34,021 nt of DNA from a virus (Duplodnaviria > Caudoviricetes), in IMG/VR virus record IMGVR_UViG_3300007004_000008, positions 1 to 34,021 of that record; one strand, given 5' to 3'. The notes below the pieces were generated by a model. It was not told the origin of the DNA and made no database searches. It was given only the letters and a program-made list of their open reading frames with translations. Position numbers and translations under genes: made by a program. Positions within the stretch are counted from its first letter, which is position 1. Each line of letters begins with the position of its first letter. Shown in pieces: positions 33,658 to 34,021 of this stretch.

Positions 33658-33660
33658 TGG

Positions 33661-34021
33661 TCAGGCCGGGCGGTGGATCGTCTTCACGCCCTTGTGGAAG
33701 CGCCATCCGACCGTGGCCGGGGTGCGCTTGTAGATCGTCACGCTCACGGAGAACACGCGCGCGTCGGTCTCGAACTGGCGTGCCGCCCAGGCCTCGGCCT
33801 CCTCCAGGGTCTCCATGCTGGCGTACAGGCCCATGTCCGAGCAGAAGCCGGTGTCCATCAGCTCAGCGCCCTTGGCGTCCCAGCCGGACACGTGGTAGCA
33901 GAACTCCGCCTGGGCGAGGTCTTGGGCAGCCTCGCGGGCCTTGGCGGCCTTCCAGCGCGCCTCGGCGATCTTGGCGCCCCGGTCGTTGATCTTGTCGACG
34001 GTGTCCAGGCCCAGCGCCAGC
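33661..34021 (-). CDS. C-terminal part of a hypothetical protein (start outside window)
   Basis: Frame open from 34020 (LALGLDTVDKINDRGAKIAEARWKAAK...) to TGA at 33661, directly followed by the module hairpin. Confidence 0.65.
   Translation of the reverse strand, partial: LALGLDTVDKINDRGAKIAEARWKAAKAREAAQDLAQAEFCYHVSGWDAKGAELMDTGFCSDMGLYASMETLEEAEAWAARQFETDARVFSVSVTIYKRTPATVGWRFHKGVKTIHRPA

Noticed and set aside
25779-33660. Repeats as a CRISPR array
   Set aside because: Copies are hundreds to thousands of bp apart, separated by whole genes, and degenerate; no cas genes are present.
26507-33706. Shared N-terminal peptide GLTKDAGQAPCA..SGGKV..RND in ORF-track translations (25898-26668, 32960-33706 and similar)
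   Set aside because: This is translation through the non-coding repeat module. The real starts are the ATGs right after GGGAGAACC, and other copies fall in different frames.
738-33733. Many long plus-strand ORFs (e.g. 17725-20283, 12092-13891, 16091-17938)
   Set aside because: They are antisense shadows of minus-strand genes in high-GC DNA, with no RBS pattern or recognisable motifs. The minus-strand genes already tile the window with 1-4-bp overlaps.
1-34021. Diversity-generating retroelement, tRNAs, lysis cassette, integrase
   Set aside because: I saw no reverse transcriptase motifs or adenine-variable repeat pair, no cloverleaf, and no endolysin or recombinase motifs. The small TM proteins lack an adjacent lysin, so they were not called holins.

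Overview
High-GC (~70%) actinobacteriophage (siphovirus-type) genome segment with all plausible genes on the minus strand. The left part (1-20403) is a virion module. In transcription order it holds a portal with a C-terminal MuF-like extension, a capsid maturation protease, a 5-gene insert with its own promoter, major capsid hexamer and pentamer proteins, major tail protein, a DUF4082-like/head-to-tail adaptor fusion, tail completion genes, tail assembly chaperones, tape measure and minor tail proteins. No terminase, lysin, integrase or replication gene is recognisable. The right part (~20400-34021) is an accessory region of small genes, including an RNase AS-like exonuclease, an HNH nuclease, a lipoprotein and membrane proteins. 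Much of it is organised as a gene-cassette array: about 9 copies of a composite module (terminator hairpin + sigma70-like promoter with a C6...G-rich, often palindromic spacer + conserved GGAACGACC...GGGAGAACC leader) precede short transcription units, and a 10th copy lies inside the head module. The array contains six tandem, translationally coupled ~70-aa paralogs with a shared LxxxGW motif, and three proteins that share an N-terminal H..CG..CxxC module fused to unrelated C-termini. Product calls come from recalled family motifs and synteny, not from database searches.
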